NCBI GenBank assembly: GCA_038125145.1
Contig: JAYPDK010000001.1
Span: forward strand, 4,368-68,367
Origin: Candidatus Poseidoniaceae archaeon
GTDB taxonomy: Archaea; Thermoplasmatota; Poseidoniia; Poseidoniales; Poseidoniaceae
Direction: 5' to 3'
DNA length: 64,000 nt
Of this stretch, positions 24,549 to 33,638 are shown piece by piece. A program made the position numbers and the translations under genes. Position 1 is the first letter of the stretch; each line of letters opens with the position of its first letter. A model generated the notes under the pieces. That model was not told the DNA's origin, made no database searches, and saw only the letters and a list, made by a program, of their open reading frames with translations.

Positions 24549-26408
24549 ATGGTGGACGCCGCGGCCATGCTCGAGGAACTCTATCGGGCGAAGCTCGACG
24601 ACCTGCGGTCGATTGCAGCGGCGTATGACCTGCCACGGACGGGCGGCGTGGATCTGCTTCGCGCCCGCCTCATTCGAGACTTGGTGCTCGGGGATTGGGA
24701 CCTGAGCGATGAGGGTCTTGCAAACCTCAAAAACGTGGAATTAGGGGACCTCCTCGAAGTGTTTGGGATCAAGAAAACGGGCTCCATCCGAGCACGCCGT
24801 CAGCGCCTGTACCTTCACCTGAACCACGACGCGAAGGGGCTCTCTGTGGAAGTGCTGGAAGAAGCGACCAAGGACGACCTCCAAACCTTGGCACGCGCGC
24901 TCGACCTGCAAGTCTCCGGCTCCAAACAACTGCTCCAGTCCCGCATCGCGGGGGTCCTCGAAATGCAGCGTGGCGCATGGGGGCCAATCAAGCGGGCCCT
25001 CCGAAGGGAGGGTGGCGCGACAGGCATCTCGGTACCGCAGCCCGAAGGCGCACCGCTTCGAGAGGAAACATCGGAACAGCACCAGCAGCCCGAGGACGCT
25101 CAGGTGGATGTTGTGGACCCCATCGAAGCAGCGACAGAGGACGACGCAGACGACGAGCCCCCTGCGTCGACCACCAGCGACGTTGGACGGGCTGTGGAGG
25201 CCTTCGCGGACGCGCACCCAGACGGGTGGACCGACGGCGAAGAAACAGAACTTCGAATGACGCTCCAATCCCAGGGCGTCGACGTCACGCGGGGTGACGT
25301 GGCCGCTGAATTGGACGATGCCTTGAGGGAGTTCGCCGTCAGCCCTCCTGCCCTCGAGGAACTCCCCCCTGAGCCGATGCCCGAGGAACCGACGGCCTTG
25401 ACCCTTGACGAGCGGGCGGACCTTGACGACCTCGACCGGCGCACTGCAGAGGTTGAGGCGTCCTGCAGGCACTACCTCAGCATTGGCAGCATCCACGACA
25501 CCGCGGACGTCGATGCCTTCCTCGATCACCTCGTTCAACAAGGGTTTGATACAACGAAACATCACGTCCGCCAAGCCATCATCGTACGGCTTCACGACGT
25601 TGACCGTCGACGAGCCGACGAGGAACTCGCCCAGCGTGACCGGCCCTCCACGTGGCGTGGCCGGGAAGCCGTTCGGGCCTTCGAACACCAGCGCCCGATG
25701 CTGCTCGAAGCCGTCGACGCCGCGACCATGGAGGGCGACAGCCCAGAGGCTCGCTCAGCCTACCTCACCGCTGCCACCAACCTTGGACTGGACCTCTCTG
25801 AACCTGCAGTGTCTGGACGAGTTCACGCCCTCTACGACCTGCATGTGGAACTGCTCGCAGAACGTGCCTCAATGGACCCTGTCGCCTCACGACGCCAAAG
25901 CGCGCTGCGCGTGCTCTTCCACGGAAGCGTTCACCTTGACGTGGCCGCGCGACGGACCTTGGAGCGCTTGGAACGGGGCCTTCCTGCCTTCGAAGACCTC
26001 GTCGCTGCTGTGCTGGACGATTCGACCGGACGCATCGAGCCCGGTCATGAAGCCCTCATCATGACGTACCTTGAGCGACGAGGGCTTGAGGTCAACACAG
26101 CCGACCTTCGGCCTCGCGTGATGGCTTGTGCTGGGGTGCTCGCAGCAGAGATGGGGCTCATTTCGCTCTCAGAAATCCCACGGCTTGCTCCAGGCCTCCG
26201 GGTGTCGGACGACCAAATTGACGACATTGTTCACGAGTTGCAGAGCCTCGCCGCCTCCTTCCGCGTCCCAGTTGGGCGCGATGAAGACCCCGAAGACGCC
26301 TCCACGCCCCCTGCTGCGCGCGACGGTCGAGATCGGCGCGTGGACGGCGCCAAAGCCATGGTGGACCGTGCCGATGCGGTCCTCTCTCGCATGCTCGAAG
26401 AGCGCTGA
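24549..26408 (+). CDS. Hypothetical acidic protein with three N-terminal SAP-like helix-extended loop-helix repeats
   Basis: Three repeats: LYRAKLDDLRSIAAAYDLPRTGGVDLLRARLIRDL, LKNVELGDLLEVFGIKKTGSIRARRQRLYLHL, and LEEATKDDLQTLARALDLQVSGSKQLLQSRIAGVL. The remainder is acidic/helical. The ATG is at 24549; the ORF track start at 24492 is a GTG. Confidence 0.5.
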   Translation: MVDAAAMLEELYRAKLDDLRSIAAAYDLPRTGGVDLLRARLIRDLVLGDWDLSDEGLANLKNVELGDLLEVFGIKKTGSIRARRQRLYLHLNHDAKGLSVEVLEEATKDDLQTLARALDLQVSGSKQLLQSRIAGVLEMQRGAWGPIKRALRREGGATGISVPQPEGAPLREETSEQHQQPEDAQVDVVDPIEAATEDDADDEPPASTTSDVGRAVEAFADAHPDGWTDGEETELRMTLQSQGVDVTRGDVAAELDDALREFAVSPPALEELPPEPMPEEPTALTLDERADLDDLDRRTAEVEASCRHYLSIGSIHDTADVDAFLDHLVQQGFDTTKHHVRQAIIVRLHDVDRRRADEELAQRDRPSTWRGREAVRAFEHQRPMLLEAVDAATMEGDSPEARSAYLTAATNLGLDLSEPAVSGRVHALYDLHVELLAERASMDPVASRRQSALRVLFHGSVHLDVAARRTLERLERGLPAFEDLVAAVLDDSTGRIEPGHEALIMTYLERRGLEVNTADLRPRVMACAGVLAAEMGLISLSEIPRLAPGLRVSDDQIDDIVHELQSLAASFRVPVGRDEDPEDASTPPAARDGRDRRVDGAKAMVDRADAVLSRMLEER

Positions 26409-26414
26409 AGGCGC

Positions 26415-27650
26415 TTATCGGGTCGCGTAGAAGTTTTGGATGATCGAGGTGACCGTCTGGATGTCACGAATGTCACGCTGCTGAAGGTCTGCCAGAATGG
26501 CCTCCCGTTGCCGCACGTGCTGTTCGAACACTTCTGGTGTGATGCCCGCAGCGTTGCAAATGCGCTCCCTGAACTGCGACGGGATGCCGGTCTCTTCGAT
26601 TTCATCGGTGTTGGCGTTGTACTTCCAGATCGCGTTGAGGCGGGGTTTGTCCCCTTCCATACCAGCCACCTCGGCCACTTCAACGATCTTCCTCGCCGTC
26701 CTGCCATGAACGTGAAGTCGGGCCTGGATGATGATCAGGTCAAGCCCGGTCAACATGATCGGCGGAACGCTCATCGGCGGGTTGATCAAACGCGTGACGG
26801 TTTCCTGCGCTGTGTTGGCGTGCAGGCTCCCGAAAGAGCCGTCGTGGCCGGTGTTCATGGCCGTCAGCAGCGTTGCCGCTTCCGAACTTCGGACTTCACC
26901 CACAATGATGCGGTCAGGCCGCATCCTGAGGCTGGACTTGAGGCAATCGTTCATGTCAACTTCTGGGGTCCCATCAGGTCGTTCACGGCGCGTTTCCATG
27001 CGTAGCCAGTGGTCGTGGTACACCTGAAGTTCAGCCGTATCCTCGACGGTGAGAAGGCGTCGGTGCCATGGAATGTACATCCCAAGGCAGTTCAGGGTCG
27101 TGGTCTTCCCCGACCCGGTGCCACCTGCGATCACGAAGTTTGCAGGACGGCTATCGAGGCCCTCAATCCATACCCACATCATGGCCGCCAACCGCAGGTT
27201 GACCGTCCCGAAGTTGATGAGGTCAATCATCGTCAGTGGGTCCTCCTTGAACTTACGAATCGTCAAGGTCGGTCCATCCGGCGAGACAGGAGGAATGGTT
27301 CCGTTGACACGGGAGCCATCGGGAAGGCGGCCGTCGAAGATGGGCACCATGCCAGGTCCGTCGCCGAGAGGGACATTGGTGAACGCTGCGATGTTGGCTG
27401 CGATTTGCTGGCCGTCGGCGTCGGCAATCCAGATGTTGGTGCGGCACATGCCGTGATCCCTGTGCGCGACCTTGACGCACTGGGTGCCCCCGTTGTACAT
27501 CACTTCCTCAAGCCCATCGTCCTCGAGCAAGGCGGCGAGGTCCCCGTACGGATTGGCCTCAATAGGCCCCTCAACGTGGTAAATCGGTGAGGGGTGGTTG
27601 TCTTCCTCGTAGATCGTAACGCGCCCGTACTGTGCAAGGATGTTCGACAT
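26415..27650 (-). CDS. Type II/IV secretion system ATPase (archaeal FlaI/TadA/CpaF-like pilus assembly ATPase)
   Basis: Walker A VIAGGTGSGKTTTLN, Walker B/Asp box, His box; 411 aa. Confidence 0.85.
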   Translation of the reverse strand: MSNILAQYGRVTIYEEDNHPSPIYHVEGPIEANPYGDLAALLEDDGLEEVMYNGGTQCVKVAHRDHGMCRTNIWIADADGQQIAANIAAFTNVPLGDGPGMVPIFDGRLPDGSRVNGTIPPVSPDGPTLTIRKFKEDPLTMIDLINFGTVNLRLAAMMWVWIEGLDSRPANFVIAGGTGSGKTTTLNCLGMYIPWHRRLLTVEDTAELQVYHDHWLRMETRRERPDGTPEVDMNDCLKSSLRMRPDRIIVGEVRSSEAATLLTAMNTGHDGSFGSLHANTAQETVTRLINPPMSVPPIMLTGLDLIIIQARLHVHGRTARKIVEVAEVAGMEGDKPRLNAIWKYNANTDEIEETGIPSQFRERICNAAGITPEVFEQHVRQREAILADLQQRDIRDIQTVTSIIQNFYATR

Positions 27651-27653
27651 GAC

Positions 27654-28385
27654 TCAGCCTCCAATCATCAACAGGGCCCCGTAAAACAGGCCCATGGAAA
27701 GCGTGCTCCAGAACGGAAGCCACCACAACATGGCGTCCATCCGGCCCAGCATCCGGCCGCAGATGGCGACCGCAACGGCACTCGCAGCCCCGAAGAAGAT
27801 CGAGAAGGTCGTGGCGATGCTGTCGATTTGGTATCCTTTGGACGGAGGTGCGAAGAGACCGATCAACACGGCGATGAGGCCGGGAAGGCCGAGGCACACA
27901 AACAGAACGATGGTCATCACGAGCCCTGAGAGGTCCTTTTCCCGCTTGTCGATGAGGTCGTTGAGGCGCTGGTAGTCGTTTGCGAGGTCGTACAACACGG
28001 CCTGGAGCGGAGCGTTCTGTTCGACCGCTGTCTGGATGAGTTGCACAACACGCTGCACCTGTGAGGACCGGGTGCTTGTCGCGAAGGAGGCCAACGCTGC
28101 ATCGAAACTTGAGGAGTGGCTCTTGGACAGGGCTTCGCTCAACAAGGCACCGAACGGACCCTGAACGTTCGAGGATTGGTCCATCATCACCTCTTGCAGG
28201 CCGAGCCCTGCTCCAACGCCGTCGCTGAGGGATTCAAGAAAACCGGGGAGCACTCCCTCAACGGCTCGCCGGCGCCGGCGTTCGATCATTGGAGGCACGC
28301 CTCCGGCAGCGAAGGCAAGACCGATGCCCGCAAGAAGCAGCAAGGGCAGGTTGTCGTTGAAGGATTCAATGAGCCTCCAGAACAT
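27654..28385 (-). CDS. T2SS-F domain membrane protein (TadC/FlaJ-like platform protein)
   Basis: 243 aa with N-terminal TM helix, cytoplasmic helical T2SSF-like domain, and C-terminal TM helices. Confidence 0.65.
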   Translation of the reverse strand: MFWRLIESFNDNLPLLLLAGIGLAFAAGGVPPMIERRRRRAVEGVLPGFLESLSDGVGAGLGLQEVMMDQSSNVQGPFGALLSEALSKSHSSSFDAALASFATSTRSSQVQRVVQLIQTAVEQNAPLQAVLYDLANDYQRLNDLIDKREKDLSGLVMTIVLFVCLGLPGLIAVLIGLFAPPSKGYQIDSIATTFSIFFGAASAVAVAICGRMLGRMDAMLWWLPFWSTLSMGLFYGALLMIGG

Positions 28386-28394
28386 GGTCTCACC

Positions 28395-28979
28395 TCACAA
28401 GCCCGGGTCGGTGGTGTGGGCCTTCCGCCCGATGAACGCCATCAGCAACACCGTGGCGCCGAGGCCGCCGACCGTGATCACAGGTAGGATTGGAATCAAT
28501 CCCGAGAGTCCGAGCATGCCCTGAAGGTCCTTCGGAACGATTTGAGGTGCGAGGGCCAAGACCGCGATGAGGATCGGTGACAACATGCCCACGGAGAGCA
28601 TGGTTTCTGGAAGTCCCCCGAGGCCCTCGATGTACTCCTTGACGGCTTCCGATCGCTCCTCCTCCATCCGGGAACCGAGTTTACGAAGTGTTTCGATGAC
28701 GTCCGTGTTTTGAGTGAGGTTGGTGTGGAGGGTGTTGAGCAGTTTGCGGTACCCGTCGGTCTCGCTCGTGGTCATGAGTTTCTTGATTTCCTTGTCGAGG
28801 CCTGGAGACTTACCGGACTGAAGTCGCTTGAGGACGCCGGCAAAATCTTCCGAAATCACGCCGTACCCGCCGCGGCCAATGGTGTGCATGGCTGCTTCAA
28901 GCCCCACCCCAGAGGACATCATCACGTCCATCGCACGGATGACGTAAAGGATCTCACGACTTTCCTCGATGCGCCGCAT
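28395..28979 (-). CDS. T2SS-F domain membrane protein (TadB/FlaJ-like platform protein)
   Basis: 194 aa with T2SSF-like helical domain and C-terminal TM helices. Lies 9 nt upstream of the second T2SSF gene. Confidence 0.65.
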   Translation of the reverse strand: MRRIEESREILYVIRAMDVMMSSGVGLEAAMHTIGRGGYGVISEDFAGVLKRLQSGKSPGLDKEIKKLMTTSETDGYRKLLNTLHTNLTQNTDVIETLRKLGSRMEEERSEAVKEYIEGLGGLPETMLSVGMLSPILIAVLALAPQIVPKDLQGMLGLSGLIPILPVITVGGLGATVLLMAFIGRKAHTTDPGL

Positions 28980-28993
28980 GACGTCTCCCTCAC

Positions 28994-29356
28994 TCAGTCC
29001 TTGTCCTCAATCAATTCAAAGGTGAATTCCTCAGACGTGCCATCGTAGTTCATCGAAGCGAACATCACCTTGACGTCCCGCTCCTCAAATGGGTCGTGGA
29101 TGAAGGGTTGGCCTCCACGGAACATGGCCATGACGTCCTTGTAGCGGTCTCGGTCCATGACACCGCGGACGGTGTACACAGCGCTCTCGGAGCCTTCGTC
29201 GTGAAGGTCGTCGCCTTCACCACCACGCACGACGGTACGCGTCAATCGACGGACCACGCGAACGGAGATGTCCGTGTTTGGGAATCGCAACCAGTCTGCG
29301 CTCGTCGTTGCCGACGCTGGTCGGATGAAGAAGTCTGTTCCAGCCACAACCCCCAC
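28994..29356 (-). CDS. Hypothetical soluble protein (120 aa) in the pilus/RPA gene string
   Basis: No TM segment and no recognizable motif. Tightly packed between the RPA-associated gene and the T2SSF genes. Confidence 0.35.
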   Translation of the reverse strand: MGVVAGTDFFIRPASATTSADWLRFPNTDISVRVVRRLTRTVVRGGEGDDLHDEGSESAVYTVRGVMDRDRYKDVMAMFRGGQPFIHDPFEERDVKVMFASMNYDGTSEEFTFELIEDKD

Positions 29357-29386
29357 AGGGCCCTGCGGACCTTCAATGTGATGGGC

Positions 29387-30331
29387 TCATTCGACCATCC
29401 GATACCAGCCAAAGGAGACTTCGAAGACGCTGCCCTCATCGAGCAGACCGTCAAGTGCCGTGTCGGCGACACCGGCGTCGAAGCCTTTGGCCCCCATGTT
29501 CTTCACCAGGGTCTCGTAGTCAACACCACTGCCCTGATCCAGGGTTTGGATCAACTCCGTCATCGTGGCCCCTGCGTCGGCATCGCCCGCCGGTTCTGCC
29601 GCATCTGTGGCCCCACCTTGCGCCTCGTCCCCGGTCAGCGGCAACGCGGCAGGCTCGGTTCGAACGGACGCCATCTTGCCTTCTGCGATGTCGAGGGCTT
29701 GCAGAACGTGAAGCCTGTAGTGCTCGACAGAGGCACCCTCGTAGTGCGCGAGGGCGTGCGCAAGGCCTTCGGCCAACGGAGCAGGCACCCCTGCCTGGCG
29801 CATCGCCTCTGGACCTTCGGCTGCAGAGGGCATGCCCTTCTCGTGCGCATCCAGCCGCTCCAGCGTGGCGGCTGCGGTTCGTGCCAGCCATGCGGCGTAG
29901 CGGGGTGGGTCAATGCGAACCACTTCTTCTGGCCGGAGGCTGGTGTACACGGCGCCCTCATCGGTCTGGTACCAACGGGCCTTGGCGACCATCATCACGT
30001 GCATGGTTTCGCCTTCCTCGAGCGACCTCGTCAGGTCCACGATGGCCTCTCGGGCGCTCTCAGGATCGAAATCCCCTGCGCTGAAGTAAAACAGGCCTGA
30101 GGGGTCTCGGAGTTGCCCCATGTGCATGACCTGGCCGTTCGCCGACTCGCGTGGTTCGACACGCTCCAGCAATCCTGCCACGAGCACGCGGTTGATCTTC
30201 GCGCCAAGGCGGGTGATGACGAACGAGGGATCGTATTCACCCGAGCCTCGCTCGTTGAGGGTCGCCTCGCCAAATTCTGAGGCAAAGATGTGCCATGCAG
30301 GCTGTCGCTTGATGTTCCGAGGTGCCTCCAT
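29387..30331 (-). CDS. RPA-associated protein (RPAP-like): OB fold plus C-terminal winged helix
   Basis: The start ATG overlaps the RPA1 stop (ATGA). OB-like core NIKRQPAWHIFASEFGEATL...VLVAGLLERVEP...MHMGQLRDPSGLFYFSAGDF. C-terminal wH-like DYETLVKNMGAKGFDAGVADTALDGLLDEGSVFEVSFGWYRMV. Resembles the haloarchaeal rpa-rpap operon organisation. Confidence 0.55.
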   Translation of the reverse strand: MEAPRNIKRQPAWHIFASEFGEATLNERGSGEYDPSFVITRLGAKINRVLVAGLLERVEPRESANGQVMHMGQLRDPSGLFYFSAGDFDPESAREAIVDLTRSLEEGETMHVMMVAKARWYQTDEGAVYTSLRPEEVVRIDPPRYAAWLARTAAATLERLDAHEKGMPSAAEGPEAMRQAGVPAPLAEGLAHALAHYEGASVEHYRLHVLQALDIAEGKMASVRTEPAALPLTGDEAQGGATDAAEPAGDADAGATMTELIQTLDQGSGVDYETLVKNMGAKGFDAGVADTALDGLLDEGSVFEVSFGWYRMVE

Positions 30332-32031
30332 CACGCCACCCCCCATGCGGCCCGTGCTTCCGTGGCGATCATGCCACCATCCTCCTCGATGGACTCGAAG
30401 CCATCGGCCATGAACATGGAACTGCGGTCGTCCACCAACAGCCTCCCGCTGATTCGCACCCGACCCCCAAGCCAACGTGAACGGAGCGACTGCACCCACG
30501 CACCGGCCCCTTCGTCCTCAATCACCGCGCGGAGTCGATCCATGTCGAGTCCAAGCGCTGTCAAAGCCGCGTCTTTCCCGACGAACACCGACAACGATTC
30601 TGCGTCGCCCTGCACCACCAGGCGGAGGCGAACGTCCTCGTCCCCCTCCTGAGCGCCGTGATCGGTGCACGCCCCATCGCGCAAGACCCGTCGGCATTCG
30701 CCACACCGATAGATCAGACCAGAGTCGTCGCGGACGCTCACCACGTATCCTTCCGACGCCACACCTACACGCCCGCTTCCGTTGGCAAGTTCATCGAGGT
30801 CAACCTCAACAGCGTGGTTCTCCAGGTCGATGGTTGCATCCCATGGGGTGGCTTTCAGCACCTCGACTTGCTTCGCTTCGTCCACGGTGATGTCCGGGAC
30901 ACCTTGCCACGCACGCACGCGAACGCCGCTCAAACGCACGGCGACCGGAAGGTCATCGGCCGTGAACGGGAGTTCGGACCAAGCGCTCATCCTGCATTGT
31001 CCGCTGGGGTCTGCCACCCGACCAGACCAGAGGTGCCGTTCCTGACCCTCTCGTGTGAACGTGCGCTTCTGCCATTCATGCACCTCCACGACGCAGGTCA
31101 CGTCGCGAGCGCCGTCCCGCAGCCCCGCAATGGTCAGTTGACTGGCGGCTTCAAGGTCATCGGCGGACGCAAACGAAGCATCGTGGTAGGCCTCAATCGT
31201 GGTTGTTCGACCGAAGTTCAATTCAGGAGTGTCTCGGAAACTTCGTACCGTGGCCCCATCGACCTTCACCAGCTGTCCAACCTCAAGTTCAACGGGCTCC
31301 CATGAGAGGAATCCTACAGATCCGGTCCCGTCGGCGAGGCGTCCACGCACCACGTCGATCGTTCCCGAACCATCGCGCCGGTGAATGACATCGGGTCGGA
31401 CAGCAAGGACGCGAGCCACGACACAAACCGTCCCGGCTTCGGGCAAGTCGGCGATGGACAGAGGCTCACCAGGAGCCACCACGGGGGCAGAGCCCTCCTC
31501 AAGCACCACAACGCGGGTGGATTGGTTGACGTTCAGCGAGCGTCGACCTTGATATTCGTTGACCGAGGCACCTTCAAGCCTCACAATGCTGCCCGAACGA
31601 AGTTCCTGCTTTGGAGCCCAGTCCTTGTATTCCCATCGGGTGGAGGGGGAAGCGGAGTCGTAAGGGAGGTCTTCCAGAAGACCGAATGCAATGGTGCGTT
31701 GTTCACCACGCACGGTTTGATCCCGGACGTTGTGCGAGACAATCCGGACGGTGATCTCCACGTTTTGGTCGTCGCCGCTCAACTGGTCGAAGCGTTCCAC
31801 GGATTTCATCGGGCGTGGAGCCTTTCCAGCGGAGGCGCGACCTGCAGGCGCACCCGACGACGGCGCCGCATTGACCTGCAACGTTCGGATAATGGAGTGA
31901 ATCGAGTCCTGAGGAGGGATGAGGAATTCCTCCTCGTACTGACGAAACGCGGCGACGACGTCCGCTTCGCTCGCTTCGGGGCACGCGTCGAGCACCAACG
32001 CAACATGGTCGCCGTAGGGGTGGCTGCTCAT
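30331..32031 (-). CDS. rpa1: Replication protein A large subunit (RPA1-like; multiple OB folds and C4 zinc ribbon)
   Basis: At least three OB-fold segments and a CGECRRVLRDGACTDHG zinc ribbon. The start was chosen at MSSHPYGDHVAL, which is preceded by a GGTGGAGG Shine-Dalgarno-like element; the ORF track extends it to 32151. Confidence 0.75.
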   Translation of the reverse strand: MSSHPYGDHVALVLDACPEASEADVVAAFRQYEEEFLIPPQDSIHSIIRTLQVNAAPSSGAPAGRASAGKAPRPMKSVERFDQLSGDDQNVEITVRIVSHNVRDQTVRGEQRTIAFGLLEDLPYDSASPSTRWEYKDWAPKQELRSGSIVRLEGASVNEYQGRRSLNVNQSTRVVVLEEGSAPVVAPGEPLSIADLPEAGTVCVVARVLAVRPDVIHRRDGSGTIDVVRGRLADGTGSVGFLSWEPVELEVGQLVKVDGATVRSFRDTPELNFGRTTTIEAYHDASFASADDLEAASQLTIAGLRDGARDVTCVVEVHEWQKRTFTREGQERHLWSGRVADPSGQCRMSAWSELPFTADDLPVAVRLSGVRVRAWQGVPDITVDEAKQVEVLKATPWDATIDLENHAVEVDLDELANGSGRVGVASEGYVVSVRDDSGLIYRCGECRRVLRDGACTDHGAQEGDEDVRLRLVVQGDAESLSVFVGKDAALTALGLDMDRLRAVIEDEGAGAWVQSLRSRWLGGRVRISGRLLVDDRSSMFMADGFESIEEDGGMIATEARAAWGVA

Positions 32032-32233
32032 GCGAGGCCCTCCACCTGCGTTGTTGCCTTCATGGGCCAGCATGGTGGACTGGCGGTGGATGCACGTGCG
32101 GTTTGGTTGAGACTGGACACTTCCTTCACCTCCTCGGACTTGTCGAGTCAAGTCGAGGGCCTTTGAACCCTCCCAAACGCCTCCGAGGCGGGGCGGGTGG
32201 GAGCCTCAAGGCATCCACCGCGTGGGCCATCGT

Positions 32234-33634
32234 TCACGCGGGGTTGACACCAAGGCTCCCGCGGAACAACACATCAGCCAGATGCAGGGAGCCACCTGGT
32301 CGCCCGTCCCGTCCCGGAGCGGCCGCCAACACCACGTCGGCCCCGAGGGCTTCGGCCAAGTTTCCGGTCAGTCCCGCCTGACGCACCGCGCCAACAACTT
32401 CACCGTCGACGATGCGAAGCACGCTGGAGGTGGTGACCGAGAAATCGCCCGTCGTGGGGTTCGCCGTGTGCGCACCCATCACATCGTGGACGAGCCATCC
32501 GTCCTCGACCTGCTGGACCAGGGCTTCTGGATTCGGACGTGCGGCGGTCGAGGTGAGCACAAGGTCCCGTGTGGACGTGCTCGGTGGGCCTCCAACGGAG
32601 CGAGAAGCCGAGCCGGTGCTTTCAGCATGTTCGACCTGCCCGTCTGCAACGGCCTTGGCCGCACCGCGTACGGACCAATTCGCAGCAACAAAGCGGCCTC
32701 CATCAACGATGGTTCGGGTTGAGGTTGGGACCCCGTCACCGTCGATGGACGCCGTGGTGGCCCCTCCAGCCAACCGGCCGTCGTCGACGATCGAGAGGTG
32801 GCCTGCCATGACCCGTTCACCCACACGACCGGACCAGAGGGATTCGTTTCGCGCGAGGCGAGGGCCGTTGATCGCGCGAGGGACAATCATGCCGAAAAGG
32901 GAGCCAAAGGCACCGTCCGAGAGGATGACGTCCTGACGACCTGAACGGGCGTCGGTCACCTCAATCGGATCTCGCGTGCATGTGGCCCAGTGGAGCGCTA
33001 GGTCAACGCAATCTGGAACGTGGGGGAGGAGACCATCGTCTGACGTGCCCTCCCAGCCGCTCGTCAATTGATCGTCGTGGTCGATCGTGACCTGAACACC
33101 GAGCCCCATCGAGGTGGAGGCAGTTGAACGTTCGATGCCTTCGCTGGACAGGAAGGCCGTGGCCGAGGCTGAGGCGCTGATGCCGCCTCCGGTCACCACC
33201 GCGTCGGGGTGCTCTGAGGCCACGTGTGCAAGCACGGCATCGGCCCGCTGCATCAGGTCGTCAGCGGTGAGGTCGTCCACCCTTCGATCGAAGGACGAGG
33301 GCGTGGAGGAGACCTGCGTCGCCTCAGGCAACTCAAAGCCATCCACAGAGGGGGACCGGCGGAGAATGGACATCGCCTCTTGGACCGCACGTTCTGCACC
33401 CGAGGCATCAACGACGCGTGCGAACGCGAAGCGACCATCTTGCACGAGGCGAAGGCCAAAGCCACCCTCACCGCCCCCGCCGACAAGGGAAATCCTCCCG
33501 GCTTCGATGTCGACCTCGGTGCCGTACGTTTGGGATCCAAGAACGTCCCACTGCGCCACACCCGCTCGCGTGCACGCTGCTCCAATCGTCCTGCAGGCCT
33601 CTTCCACCCGCTCCACTGCCCCATCAGCAAGCAT
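32234..33634 (-). CDS. pmbA: PmbA/TldE family metalloprotease component
   Basis: TldD/PmbA family architecture with a C-terminal GNxxExLG-like region. The start is at the internal Met MLADGAVERV, 4 nt after the tldD stop. Confidence 0.7.
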   Translation of the reverse strand: MLADGAVERVEEACRTIGAACTRAGVAQWDVLGSQTYGTEVDIEAGRISLVGGGGEGGFGLRLVQDGRFAFARVVDASGAERAVQEAMSILRRSPSVDGFELPEATQVSSTPSSFDRRVDDLTADDLMQRADAVLAHVASEHPDAVVTGGGISASASATAFLSSEGIERSTASTSMGLGVQVTIDHDDQLTSGWEGTSDDGLLPHVPDCVDLALHWATCTRDPIEVTDARSGRQDVILSDGAFGSLFGMIVPRAINGPRLARNESLWSGRVGERVMAGHLSIVDDGRLAGGATTASIDGDGVPTSTRTIVDGGRFVAANWSVRGAAKAVADGQVEHAESTGSASRSVGGPPSTSTRDLVLTSTAARPNPEALVQQVEDGWLVHDVMGAHTANPTTGDFSVTTSSVLRIVDGEVVGAVRQAGLTGNLAEALGADVVLAAAPGRDGRPGGSLHLADVLFRGSLGVNPA

Positions 33635-33638
33635 GGCC

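Noticed and set aside
24741-25688. 315-aa minus-strand ORF
   Set aside because: Antisense to the SAP-repeat protein gene, whose repeats and amphipathic periodicity favour the plus strand.
29096-30100. 334-aa plus-strand ORF
   Set aside because: Antisense to the RPAP-like gene, which is translationally coupled to rpa1.
31381-32166. 261-aa plus-strand ORF
   Set aside because: Antisense to rpa1 (OB folds and zinc ribbon on the minus strand).
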